DNA of 64,000 nucleotides from Rotaria socialis (Eukaryota): NCBI GenBank assembly GCA_905331295.1, contig CAJNYD010000013.1, positions 268,763 to 332,762 of the forward strand, read 5' to 3'. Shown piece by piece: positions 42,295 to 58,170 of this stretch (position 1 is its first letter; each line of letters starts with the position of its first letter). The notes under the pieces were generated by a model. It saw only the letters and a program-made list of their open reading frames with translations, ran no database searches and was not told where the DNA came from. The position numbers and the translations under genes were made by a program.

Positions 42295-42618
42295 TCAATC
42301 GCGATAGAATTTGGCAAAAATTATAAATGTAATTAGAAGTGGAAACAAAGTTAAACCATGAAAAATGGTATAAGCATGAGCGCAAACAGGATCACCTAAA
42401 CCATCTGAACCAATCATGGGACAGCGTGTTCCATTGAACATAAAGCAAGCACTAAGGTCGCATGTTGTTGAATTACAAATTTCGCCAACATTTATTGCGA
42501 CGACAAATGCTGGATTGCATGAAGTTGAATTACAGCAATTACAATGGCATAATTTTTTCGTTTGAACATCCTTTAAGTGTAATATAATACAAAACATGAA
42601 GATCACTTTCATTTGCAT
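42295..42618 (-). CDS. Small secreted Cys-rich protein, tandem paralog of 41459-41770
   Basis: Same CxCxCC...C...C...C...C...C...C spacing, signal peptide and hydrophobic tail. Confidence 0.78.
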   Translation of the reverse strand: MQMKVIFMFCIILHLKDVQTKKLCHCNCCNSTSCNPAFVVAINVGEICNSTTCDLSACFMFNGTRCPMIGSDGLGDPVCAHAYTIFHGLTLFPLLITFIIFAKFYRD

Positions 42619-43027
42619 ATTTTGTTTATAAATGCAAAACGAAAAGAAAGTGTATAGCATTAATTCTCTTCTGTAGATATTTACAGAATCGAAAAAGGTC
42701 ATCATCATCATGTTAGTCGATTTCTATGTGTCTCATTGAAAATTCGAATAGGTTTTTTATTCAATAATTTTTTTAACACCTATTAAAATCTTCATCGATA
42801 GAATAATAATATATCATATGATGTTATTTATCATTATGAAATTAAACTGCGTAAAAACATTCCAAAAATATTTTCATTAAGAAAAGATCCCTACGAACGA
42901 TAAATGAATTTCATACGTTGATGCGTTTCATCACGTTTCTTTTTCATAAATTTTGCATACCAATAGAATATACATATATATGTATAGAAAACATAAAAAG
43001 AGTCAGAATAAAGAACGTGAATAAACG

Positions 43028-44047
43028 ATGGGAAATCATCAAACCTGCCCAAAACGTCAACATCGTCCTAGTGAATGTGTTGGTTTCAATAAACATGACA
43101 CCGACAATGAACGTTTAGTAACCATTCTTCAACGAGAAAGACGCGTATGAATAATTTCGAAATTATCCATTTTGAGCTATAGTTTAATATTTTATCAGAT
43201 TTCAACAAAAAGTGCACCACCACTTGATGAATTCAATACAGCAGCGTTCACAATTGATTCATCATTGATTACTTTCTCAATACCGATTTTACCTTTTGAT
43301 GCATATGCAAGTGTTACAGGCACTTTTACGGATTGGATTGAACATAAAATGGCGAAGTTGTATGTTGAAGTTGCTTTTTGGGAGATATTTTTCTTTCATT
43401 AAAATTATAGAAATGGTGAATTTAGCATACGTATTCGAATCGAACATGGTTGCCATTATTATAGAATTTTAGTTAATGGACGATCGCGTTTTATCCCAAA
43501 CGAAGTAAGTTTGAGTTCTGCTTAGTGAATTTGAATATGAAAAATTTATGATTTGATTCAAGACAATTGAATGCCATGCAAAATTTGGTCGTGTACATTT
43601 TCTTTATGTGACCGCGAATGATCAAAATGTAAATAATTATTTAGAACGAACTTTTTTTTCTCATCGTAAATCCAATGTATGGACGCAAGAAGTAAACAAT
43701 CAATTTATAAAAAGTGATCAACCACCACCCCCTCGTATTCCACCTCATCTACTTAATATTCTTCTCAATCAAAAATTGCCTGCTAATGTCTGATGACTAC
43801 TCCGATCTACGTAAATAACATTCTATAAATTGATTCTTCATTTTTCTAGTGTGATCCTGATGTTCTTCCGGAACCCAATACTGTCATGCTTCGACATTTA
43901 TATGCTTTATCAATTCAAGTAACGATTGGATTCTATAGAAAATTTTAATTTTTCTTTAACATCATTTAGAACGGCATTATGATATTAAGTACAACAATTC
44001 GATATAAACAAAAATTTGTTACAACCTGTTTCTATAAACCAAACTAA
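43028..44047 (+). CDS. Divergent AMPK beta subunit paralog
   Basis: 6 exons. MGNHQT, VTGTFTDW, PRIPPHLLNILLNQK, DPDVLPEPNTVMLRHLYALSIQNGIMILSTTIRYKQKFVTTCFYKP*. Confidence 0.92.
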
Positions 44048-44576
44048 AGTTTATTTTTTATATAATATATTAAACTGAATCGAAATAATAGCAATGCACG
44101 TGTGTACTATTTTGTAAAGACATTGCTTAATAAATATAGATATGTAGTAAAATGTTTTGATTTTTATCTATTCTATTTGTGTATTGACGTCACAGGACCA
44201 TCCCAACACGAAAAATTGTTCCTTTCATTTTACGTTGATGTCAGTAACATAGTTGAAATACCTACAGCATATATGCAACTATTTCCTTTGGCAACAATGC
44301 AATACTTCTGTATTTTTCATTATTAGAGTCGATGGATACATGTCAGTTCAGCCTGAATAATGATTACATTTTCAATAGAAAGGATAAACCAAAAAAAAAG
44401 TAATACAGTACTATATGTACACTTGTCTATAGAATTAATAACCTTTGAAAGTAGTGATGCTACAGAAAAAAAAGACGGCTACGTCATGTAATTGCACAAC
44501 ACGAACATGTATACAGCGCTAATAATGGATTTTAAATAGAATTCAGACAGAGAAGGCTATGTTGTGTCGATTACTT

Positions 44577-44650
44577 CGCTTTGTAAATCAATGGTAGATT
44601 ATTTTGATGAGGACAAAAACGTTGCGGGTTCAATCCCCGCCGGAGAGCCA
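44577..44650 (+). tRNA. tRNA-like cloverleaf, anticodon GAG (atypical or pseudo tRNA, or SINE head)
   Basis: D stem AATC/GATT, anticodon stem TTTTG/CAAAA, T stem GCGGG/CCCGC with TTCAATC loop. A and B boxes present. Acceptor stem imperfect. Confidence 0.6.
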
Positions 44651-46236
44651 CCCTATTGAACGCGCAATCCTTCTCTTCATTTTTCGATACTGAGATCCAT
44701 AGTTGTATGAATCTAAAATGTTCAGCAAGAGAAACATCGACAACAGATGGATGATTGAAAACATGTCAACAGATATTTTAATGTAAAGTTCTGCATCGAG
44801 TGTTTGGCCGACTTGAATTACATGATCTAAAAATATTATTTATAGAATATAAAGACTTTTGGCAATGTGAAAACTGATATCTTCGAGTTTCAAAATAAGG
44901 TAATTTCATAATGGTAACCTTGAAATTTACAAACCCCAAATGATATCAAATCAGATTTGGCATCTAACTATACAAAGTGAAGTGTTTAATTTATAAACGG
45001 AAAAGGTAGATATTGGTGTTTAATAAAAAATTTCGATATCTGAAAATATGAGAAAGAACGATGCACAATTTTTTGGTCTTCAACAATTCAACTAGATTTC
45101 ATTCAAACTTTTGAAATAAAAATTCATTTGGCTTGAGTAGACAATCTTCTCGGTTTTGCTTACAACTCAATTTACACATATCAGATATTTGAATGTTAGT
45201 CATCTGATTGCCAGAGATTTCGTAAGTTAACTCAACAGTTTCGACTTGATTTGATTGATCGAAAATTATATTGTTAACATAATTCTGAATAGTAATGATT
45301 TCGTTCTTGTAAACTGCTGTTGTCTTCTATTAAATTGGTAGATGATTTTTTTTCTATCAAAGATGCGAAGAATGAATATGAATTTTAATCTTTTTCAAAC
45401 AGCTTGCAACTCACACGGTTGACTTTTTTAAGTCTATTTGTATTCTTCGTTTCTCTGTCTGATATTGTCCAAGTAAACGAATTACTACCCTTCGATCTCA
45501 TATTTCGATTCAAAAATATTGTCAATTTCTTCTCTTCGATTCAGAATCTATACCCGCATGTAAAAAGACAAACCAAAAGTACATTTTTCTTCAAATGCAC
45601 AATGACATCAATAGTGATAAAGGTCAAAACAGTCTCTTGGATATGAAAGGAAGAATGCTATTGTTCTTGCCTATTCAGCATGGTGTACAAGCTTTGAAAG
45701 AAATCAATGGCAAAAGTAATAGATTTTTTCAAGAGGATTTTTTGTAGTACTTACTATAAGCACAGATTCAGTTGTACTTTTCTTCTATGTTTACTCACGA
45801 TTGCATCTTCTAGTATTGAATCCGACTTTATAACCATACGGGAAATCACTAGCATTTTGAATTCTATCAGTAGATCAAAAACCTATACTGTCTCTGGCTT
45901 GAGTATAAAAATCTATAAAATCTCAAAGGTGGGACTGTGATGATATTTTTTTGTTGTACGAAAACTAGAGCAAATAATTAGTTTCGTTTGTGCATATATG
46001 AATCATGCATATTTTTTATTACAATTCTAATTCATTTAATAAAAGATAGTATCGATAAAAAGAAGGTCTGTACAAAGCAATGGAATATTAGTACTACATC
46101 TCAACGATGATTTGTCATCGTATTCGCAGACTACTCACTTGTCATGTTAATACTCACGAAAACATGTTTTCGTTCAATTTCATCATGAGTCACTAATTAA
46201 CTGGTGCTTTTGTTTTGTCTACGAGAGACATCGTGC

Positions 46237-47598
46237 TCATAGGCCCCTTGCTTTATTCAACTGCTGTATTTTCATCTTAACTGCATTTAACCATTCGTTT
46301 TCATTGCTGTTCGGAATTTCCTGTTGTACTAATTCTCTGAAATGTCGTACTAGTTCGTTGTCATTCGTAGTTAATTTCAATTGTATTTGCCACAGTCCAT
46401 CGCCAATGTGATCAATACTTTGAATCCTAAATACATTTTGTATTGAGAATAGTATTTGTTGTTCTGATTCAGGATAATAACTAATTTTATCTAATGGTGT
46501 AAATAATGATTTTGACTGATCGATTTCTATCACAAATAGAACTCCTACTAATTCATGATTATCTCGAGCAAATTTGGCATGCATTATTGATAGATCTCTA
46601 TCAGTCGTTGTGATGAAAAAATTATTAAATGAAAGAAATCCATTGTTATTTTCAAGAAATTGATGAAAAATTTTCTCTGTTATGCCTTGTCCTCGATAAA
46701 CCGTTGTACTGTTTTGTTTATCGAATTTTGAATGTAATTGTATAATTTCTCGATGGATATCGCGAATAAAAAAATCCATTTGTATCATCATATTGATATC
46801 TTGAATACGCAATGCTTTGCTCAACATTAAAGAAATAAAACATTCTCTTGTATACCAACAAATAGATGACGATGGTTTATAATCGTTTCGAAATTCTGTT
46901 ATTAAATTTAATTGATGACTATTATTTAGATATTGACAACGACAAAAATCAGCAAATTCTTTTTTTGTGTTACGTTTATCATCCATTTCGATAAGCATGT
47001 CTTTGAGCAATTGTGTATAAATAAATAATTGGTCAGCTGGATTGTTTTTCCAATTTCTATGATAGTTAGGTGATAAAATGTGAAGTGGAACTAAATCATC
47101 TTCACATTGGCGAATATCACGTCTGAATGCATCAAAAATAGGTTCTAAATCTTGAAATACACCTTTAATCTTTTTTATTTTATTTGCCCATTTTTCATGT
47201 TTATTTTTATTATCACAGTAAATATAAATTGAATCAATTTGTTCGTAATTATGTATCATGGGTACGAGTGCTTCACCGAGACTACCAGAAACAATTAAGA
47301 AGATTTTTTCATTTTTTGTTTCCAATATAAAATCTATGCATTGATTGACATCAAAGAATGGTAATATTAAATGTACAAGTTCTTGAAAACGAGCGATAAA
47401 ATAATTAAATTCCTCACTAACTATATCTAAATAAGTATCCAACCATATAAGAATAGAATTTTCTACTGTTGATATTTGACGATTATCAAGACGTAATAAG
47501 AAATTTTCACTTGTTGCTGGTATGCTCATAGTTCTTGATAGAGAAACTGGTGGCTTACGTTGTGACGATTGATTGCCTTTATTGATAGCTTGTGCCAT
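46237..47598 (-). CDS. ADP-ribosyltransferase-fold protein (R-S-E clade), intronless, active site altered
   Basis: N-terminal LIWLD..KIFLIVSGSLG..QIDSIYIYC module, then ICWYTRE, TVYRGQG, FLSFNNFFITT, GVLFVIEID, ESEQQILF...FRI. First ATG at 47598. Confidence 0.85.
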   Translation of the reverse strand: MAQAINKGNQSSQRKPPVSLSRTMSIPATSENFLLRLDNRQISTVENSILIWLDTYLDIVSEEFNYFIARFQELVHLILPFFDVNQCIDFILETKNEKIFLIVSGSLGEALVPMIHNYEQIDSIYIYCDNKNKHEKWANKIKKIKGVFQDLEPIFDAFRRDIRQCEDDLVPLHILSPNYHRNWKNNPADQLFIYTQLLKDMLIEMDDKRNTKKEFADFCRCQYLNNSHQLNLITEFRNDYKPSSSICWYTRECFISLMLSKALRIQDINMMIQMDFFIRDIHREIIQLHSKFDKQNSTTVYRGQGITEKIFHQFLENNNGFLSFNNFFITTTDRDLSIMHAKFARDNHELVGVLFVIEIDQSKSLFTPLDKISYYPESEQQILFSIQNVFRIQSIDHIGDGLWQIQLKLTTNDNELVRHFRELVQQEIPNSNENEWLNAVKMKIQQLNKARGL

Positions 47599-48042
47599 TT
47601 TATTCAATTTTCAGCGTCAATATATTTCAATGAATGAAGTCAATTGAATTTACCTACAAGCTTTGGTTGTCTATAGAGATTTACAGAAAAAAGTCTCTAG
47701 ATTTTTTTATACATAAAGAACCAATTGGAAGAATAATGTAAATTTCAGATTTCAGAATTGAGAATCGAGTAGATGGCAGTAAGAACAAAGATTTTCAAAT
47801 TATTGACTTAAAAAAATACCATATGTCGATAATAGATATTCTCGAAATAGTCTGTGTATTAAAGTGACAACTATAGGAAAAGAAAAATGAAAGACTTGGA
47901 GTAGTACCACGCCGTTCATTATTTTCGGACAATGGTCCAATCAGATGTCATTACCGATTCTTACTATGATTCATCAACTTCGTAATCTCAATGTTTTGTG
48001 AACATTTGGTTCCATTATCAACATAGAATAAAAACTAAACTA

Positions 48043-51004
<2,962 letters not shown>

Positions 51005-52036
51005 AAGTCACGTATTGTATGTTTCCCACCGCTATGATATTTTTATTGTTATTGTTGTCAAACTATATAATAAGACTATAGAAGATTATTTGTTTGTCAA
51101 TCTATTTCTGGTGTTATTCTTTATTTAATTTATTTCATCTTTACATAGAATATAGAAGTCAAAAATATAGAAAAAGATGTCTCTATATTGATGTGATGTT
51201 TTATGCGTGACATAGTTCATAATTGCTTTTCAATTATCTCATTAAAAGAAAATTATACAAGACGTTGAGAGCGTGGATATGGGTCTAAGGTTTAATGCAT
51301 GTGTGAATTGGTGTAGATGATGCAACTGCAATTGTGTGCTGTAGGCATACGTGTACAACGACTCTAAAAATGGGACAGGGGATATAGCTGTTGGATAAGT
51401 GAAAATTTAGGACTTTTTGACTATGAAAAATAGGTGATTGTGTTTTAAAAATACCAGAACACTTCATGTTGATTACAAGTTCGATCCTAATGGATTGAAT
51501 CGAAAGATTATCTTATCCGGCCACTGTGTATGTAGATAGAAATGTGTTTACGCATGTTGATCTTACTCTCTCTCTCTATACTAATATCAAGAATTACAGC
51601 TTCTGTTCGCCTAACACCACACTGTGTGAGTTTGTAAATGTTGAAATTTCCTCGGGTTTCGATGCTATTCTATCGAACTACCTTTGAGCGTACGTTTTTT
51701 CCTGTATATAGTAAAAAATACTCTCAGAACATGCTTCTACACTCATCCATACCCAGGTATCATTTATAACTTAAGCTACATGAAAAATTCATTTTCAACA
51801 TCACTTACAACAGTGTCTGCAACTACAGTCAAGTATGATATGATGCTTTTTTTTTGAAACCACAGTGTAGTTTAACGATAAGAAAAACTTATAGTCGAAA
51901 TGATGACATGATCATTGTTCTTGGATCATGGTCTTCATAAACATGAATAGAAAAATCTTTTTATGATAGTTGAAATAGTTTTGAAAAAAAATGATGTTCT
52001 AATGATGATAAGAAAAAATAATTGAAAGCTTTAAAG

Positions 52037-54538
52037 TCAATTGAGATCCAGAATATTTTTTGCACTATCGATGGCTTTAGTATTATTGGTTTCTGGTCCA
52101 CCTAGTTGATTCACAAAATCATCTAGTTCTTGACGCCGCTTATTGATAGCTGCAGTATATATAGCCTTTCGCTGATTGACCAATTCAATGACTTTTTCCT
52201 GAGCACCCTGAGACTGTTGATTCAATTCTTGTAATAGTCGCGATCGTTCCCGGTCATTTTCTGCCGTGAGCATTTTGCCAAGTCCTGCAAACCTTCGCAT
52301 TATACGAATGTACTGCTCATGTCAACATAAGAACGCGACATAATAAACAGCGAATACGATTGTTTGTGAATCTCTACAGCTTGAGTTTTGAGCAGATCAA
52401 CATAAAAAAGGTGATCTTCTTTCGACGAGCCAGCATTGCCTGCTAGTGCAGCTTTTTCAATGAAGGGCTCTAAAGTTCCTGATAAGGCAACCTCGACTCT
52501 AGCTGCAATTTCTGCGAAAAACAGTACCATTCGGTTCCACTGTTCGCCGAGTCAAATCAAGTCCTGCGATTTTCGCCATCAATTTGCCCATTTCTTGTTG
52601 CTGTTGTTTAAGGTGAACAAAAATAGAATCATAACGCTTTTCGGCAGCTTGCAGCCGCTCACTTGCCAGGTGTGCCGCGAACCGTTCACTGCCTGACGAA
52701 TCTGTTGAAGACGAGGCTGTAGTTGCAGTATTATCTACAGGAGGTACATTCGCTCCGTTTAATGCTTCTGCCACCACTAAAGGTTTTACTTCGTTAATCA
52801 GAGAAGAGATACGATTTGTGATGGGTGTGGCAACGAAGGATTCGATGGATTTTCCACTGCCGAATGAATTTTTTACGAGATCTACAATGCCATTGCAGAC
52901 TTTAATGCTTTGCTGAATCAGATTGGAAACTTGTGTTTTCAAGTCATTTTGTCCACCAGCTGCTAACGAATTCTGATATGCTCCAAAAGTGATTTTAAAA
53001 GCTTCAAAACTCTTTAATAGGATTAGTTGATGATGAAGCATTTGTTTGATTATTCGAAGTTGATAGAAACCTGCTGAATGCGCCGGACAAGTGCCCTAAT
53101 GTATCCGATAATAGACGTGCAAATGCTAGGGATTGACTATTGGCAAGTGCAGATGGAGCAGAAGCAGCAGATCCTCCATTTTGTCCTTTGGCGGTGCCTT
53201 TTCCAAATGATGCTACAATGCCGATGATAGCACGTCCCAAATCAAGCAAAAGTGCCTTGAGACCCGCAGGAATGGCTTTTAATGCTCTGGAATACTCGGA
53301 CTGGGCGGTTAGAACGGCGTTTCGTGCTTCATTCTAATGAGATTTGATAGTTTCGCATAAATTATTTAGTTCTACTTGCATGATGCGTGAGACATTTAGC
53401 TCAATCTCTGTTTGGCGCAATTTAGTATAATGAAGACCACGAGCGACTTCTGTCATCGAAATTACTTCTCCTAACAGTCCCATGACGCCGATGAATGTTT
53501 GATGAGTTCTGTTGGAGAATTGCACGCAGTCTCTACCAATCTTGTGAATCCAACCGAGTTCAAAAGGTAGTAAATTAGCTATGACACCTGTTGATCCTTG
53601 TACAAGCACTTTCAAAGTTGTCTAATATTTCCTGGGATAAGTTCCATAGACATTTGAATCCTGTTCATATTTGTATGTGCCGCCAGAAATGCACGCCATC
53701 CATCTATAATAATGAAATTACAACATTGATCCTTTGTGTTTATGAATGGATTATAGTTCATAACTGAATTGCTATTGAGTTGTTGTCTTCTACATGAAAG
53801 TTTTTCTGTCTTTCTCGATTCATGGATACTAACGTTTTATATTTTGATGTTTCTCAAAAAACATATTCAATTCTTCGTAATTGAATAATTCATTGATGAA
53901 AATCTTACTACGCTGCTTACAATCTAAGAGTTACAACGCATAGAAGTTTTCGTTTTGTACATATTGCATACAACAGCGAAGCATTGTAGTATGATTAACA
54001 TTAAAGAGTTTTTTTTCTAGATCGATAGCTATAAAAGAAACTCACACTGTCTGTCACTTAACTATTAGTAAGATAGCAGTGATCAATTTTCTCATATGAA
54101 TTCGGATTTGCAGAAAGAAAACAATAAGTGTTGCAATTGAGTTTCCGAAAAAATCCATCCTCATACTGTATCTTTAAGAGATGAAGCGTTAAATTTGCCT
54201 TTATCAAATATGTACGTTTCGTAAGCTTTAAGATGTGCTACTTTGACAGATAAGAGAAAAAACTACCATTATAACTGCTATGAAAACGTGCACATTACCG
54301 TTCGCGATCTGCATAAGAGTAGCTCGGAATGATTGTGAATATTGCATGTAGGTATATTATTGATCAGGAGAAATATCAACAAAGGAAAAATCCAATACAC
54401 TTGATACAACCATAACTTGCCCGAGAAGATTTAGAGTTGCCAGTCCACCGATGATAAACTACTGCCAGGGTTCATCCATACTACTTTGTTCTATCAGCGC
54501 TGAATCATTTGGATTTTACAATATTGATAGAGAGTAAT
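52037..54538 (-). pseudogene. Pseudogene of a large alpha-helical uncharacterised protein
   Basis: Exon 54538-54299 reads DEPWQ*FIIGGLATLNLLGQVMVVSSVLDFSFVDISPDQ*YTYMQYSQSFRATLMQIAN. It splices to 53703 (DGWRAFLAAHTNMNRIQM), then continues as a chain of frameshifted ORFs down to 52037. Confidence 0.8.
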
Positions 54539-57049
54539 CTATTTAATCAATATTGGTTAAAAGTATCAACACTCAGAAAGGAGATCCTACCCGAGACTTT
54601 TGAAATCATGCGACCAGTTTTACACATAGGAGTAATGCATACAGTGAGAAGTCTAGTAAGTTCAGGATCATCGTAGGAAACCACTTTCTTTAGTAGACTA
54701 TTCGTCTGTTTATTAGATGCGCTGCTTGAACGCCAAACCAATGGAAAAACTAGGATAGTGATTGATGAGTTTAATTCAAGGATATATAATTTACTTACCA
54801 AGTATATGTCTCAAACAGGTTTGCATTATCAATATCTGAAATTAGCACATGTTAGGAAATACGTAGATTAATATGACTGCTTTCATGCATATTAACCTCT
54901 GAGTCAAAAAACAATGACATATTTTTTCTTATCCAATTCAGCCGAAAGAAATGACTCTTTATTGACCCTCGTGGTCTTAAACCACCCAATGACTCGACTG
55001 AGAGGCAAGCAGACGAATTTCAGAAACTGTGAAAGAGCAATTATAAATAACTACTGAGAGCATTAAGCTAAACTGCCGACCTTTCAACTTTAGAAAGAGA
55101 GTAATATCCTCTATTGCATGCTAGAACTGTGATGTCGTATTGACAGTAAATTTGTCCTCTAGATTTTCCAGAATATGCCTAGGAAAAGGATCTCCTAATA
55201 ATTTCATCGCTTGTACTTTTATGTCAATATGAATGTTCTGCCAGAAGCATTACTTCAAAAGAAAAAAAATAATCTAAAGTATTAATAATACTTTTTAAAG
55301 TCGAGACATGGAAAAGTCACGTAGTTGACATTGCGAAAATATAACAGTGTAGAAAAAGAAGTTATCTCAACAAGCATTGTTATATATATCCATAATTCGA
55401 CTCATTTTATACTAATGTTGGTAACAAAGATCGGCTTTAGCTGTTCCACGAAAAAAAGACTTCTGTTTTCGATATTTTGTTGTGGTACTTACAAAGTTCA
55501 TTAGGCATTCAAATTTTCTTCAGCATTTTAATGCATCCGATCAATTACGCTTATAAGTACGTAAGATTGAAATCTACATTCCGTGTCAAGTGCTGAGTTC
55601 ATTCATTATTCAATAATGAAAGTACACTTATTAAAGCAATCTAGTCGTACTTATGAATTGATTCTATTTTTCTTTAAATAATAAGTTTGAATAAAAATGA
55701 AATATGATGTATTTCGAACTCGAATAAAAATCTTCACCGCCATTATTATAATGGCCATGATGATTTCAACGCTGATATCAAAATGCATAAGAATTGTTAA
55801 GGCTGATTGGGACTATTATCTAGCGATAATTTGAAAACGTTTTCAAGGTCATTAGACTAATGAAAATAGAAGAATACACTAAAATTTACTAGCTTTGTGC
55901 TCAACTAGCGAACCATCTTTGGTTCGGAATATATAGCACTGAAATTCTTTAGCGGTTTATATTTCAGTAAATAAGTGATAGAGAGGAGAGAATGCTTTCT
56001 AGGGAGAAGCTGGTTGTGACGAAAACAAAAGGTCATATTAAGTGATATCCATTAAATGTATCCTAGATTAGATTTGCATATTGTAAACAGATGCGGCATC
56101 TAATTCTATCGAAAAGTTTATTAAAATAGCCTCTTTTACATGGCAATGATAATGCTCAACATTCTTATGGCTAAGCTTGCACGAACAGTCTAAAGTGACA
56201 TGGATTTTATCTACAAAATGGCAAGATCATCATTGATTTATGCTTGTTTCGATTTGCAATATCTTCAATTTCAGTACTTTTGTTAAAAGAAATATGTATT
56301 GATCATGTTTTTTTGGTTTGGAACTTTAAATTATCAATTAGACCTTTAAGGCCAATATTGAATCATTTTTTCGCCGTCATGAATTTGTCCTTGATGAACA
56401 GCTATTAATTAGACTATTGAAAATAACAGTTACATCCCTAATCACAGTCACCTACTGATTCAGTTCATAACAGATCATGACATCGCCATGATCAAATCTA
56501 TCCAACCAGAAATTTCTTCACTGTCAGATGGGGTGCTCGATATATTGAAGATTATCTATAGACGAAATTACCGTACTAGTTATTCAAAGATAGAAAATTT
56601 TATCATTCGTACTGTTATTTCACTAGAATGGTGTCAGATCGCATACGGTTCTCTATTATCTAGAGAATTAACAATCTCCAAATAGGTCTGTGACATTCAT
56701 GATCGAAGAACTAAACTGGTGTTAGTTACCAATTAATTTTGAAGAAGACCGAAACTGAGTTTCAAAATCAGCTGTTTTATAAAACTAGGTAGCAGAATCG
56801 GTACTTTTTATGACAACGAAAATAAGAACTGATGATTATCGCTAAATCAATATTGTGGATAGAAGGAGTCTATATGAAATCAACAGGTCTTTCATTCCAC
56901 TTCTCGAACGATAACAATTAATCATTATAATTATCTCTCTATCAAAGCACTAGTACATAGAATTGCAGTCTGTCAAATAACGAATACACACTATGAAGCA
57001 ACTACTGAAGACGAGTACACAGTTGAAGATTATTTTCTGCTATATGTAT

Positions 57050-57830
57050 CAGATATGGGATCGGTTAGCCTTTTTCGTCAACCGAACCGACCGTAACCGC
57101 AAAAATATCTAACCTAACCGACCATAACCGATCGAATTTTCATACATTTTCAACCCAACCGATCGTAACCGACCGAATTTCGAAAAATTGCCAATCCAAC
57201 AAAAGTGAAATGAATGAAAGACAAACGATGTTTAGGTTCTGTTAATTAAGGTAGTGGTACTTCATAAGTCAAGATTCTATTATACGCATATCTTTATATT
57301 TTATTTTCATTAAGTAAAAAAATAATATTTGTACAATCCTTTGAAAAAAATAAAAATAACAACACATTAACGTAATTCAATCGTATCTGAATCTGTATTA
57401 TCAAGTCCTTGTTGATGCACCTTGAATGAATGATTAAATACCATATCGTTGACGACATCAGGTAATAATTTTGCATGTTTTTGTGTAATTAAATCGCCAG
57501 CAAGACTAAATTCTCTTTCAACAGCCGCACTTGAGGCTGGTACAGAAAAAAATACGAGCAGCGACTTTCGAAAGAAGAGGATAAGTATCATACATTTTTT
57601 TCCAGAAAGATCAAGGATTATATTCTTTATGAAGAGATTCGTCTGAATTTGTTGATTTATCCGATCCTTGTTTAGTATATAATTCGATTTCCAATGCATG
57701 TGCAGATTCTAATCAACCTAACCGACCGTAACTGACCGAGTTTTTGAAAAGTCTCCAACCGAACCGATTTCGATTTCGGTTTCGGTCGGTCGGTTCGGTT
57801 CGGTTAAACAGTCAACCGATCCCATCTCTG
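57050..57830 (-). mobile_element. hAT deletion derivative with transposase dimerisation-domain remnant
   Basis: TIRs CAGATATGGGATCGGTT / AACCGATCCCATCTCTG. Perfect 8-bp TSD ATATGTAT. Subterminal AACCG repeats. Internal FFSVPASSAAVEREFSLAGDLITQKHAKLLPDVVNDMVF (hATC). Confidence 0.95.
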
Positions 57831-58170
57831 ATATGTATCCCTCAAAATAGACATGAGTTAAAACTTTATAATTGATCAACTTCGCTTTTCAAAGCCACAA
57901 TATTGTACAGTTTTGACATATTTTTATGTATAGCATTCAAAGGAGTGATAAGTAGCTCAAAATCAAGCACCCGTCTAATAACATCGTTTAATACTAAAAA
58001 AAGATGATCGTCATTATATTCCTATTAGAAAAATTGAATTGAAAGATGGCATAAGCTCCTTAAAAATGCATAGTTATATAAATGCTCTTTATAGCTAATA
58101 TGAAATGCAAATCAAAATTTATTCTTCTATCCAGCCAAATGAAGCCTACTTCTTTGCAAATTCAGTGATG

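Noticed and set aside
56100..56690. Possible degraded transposase remnant (TVRWGAR-like motif)
   Set aside because: Single weak motif, many stops, no termini found.
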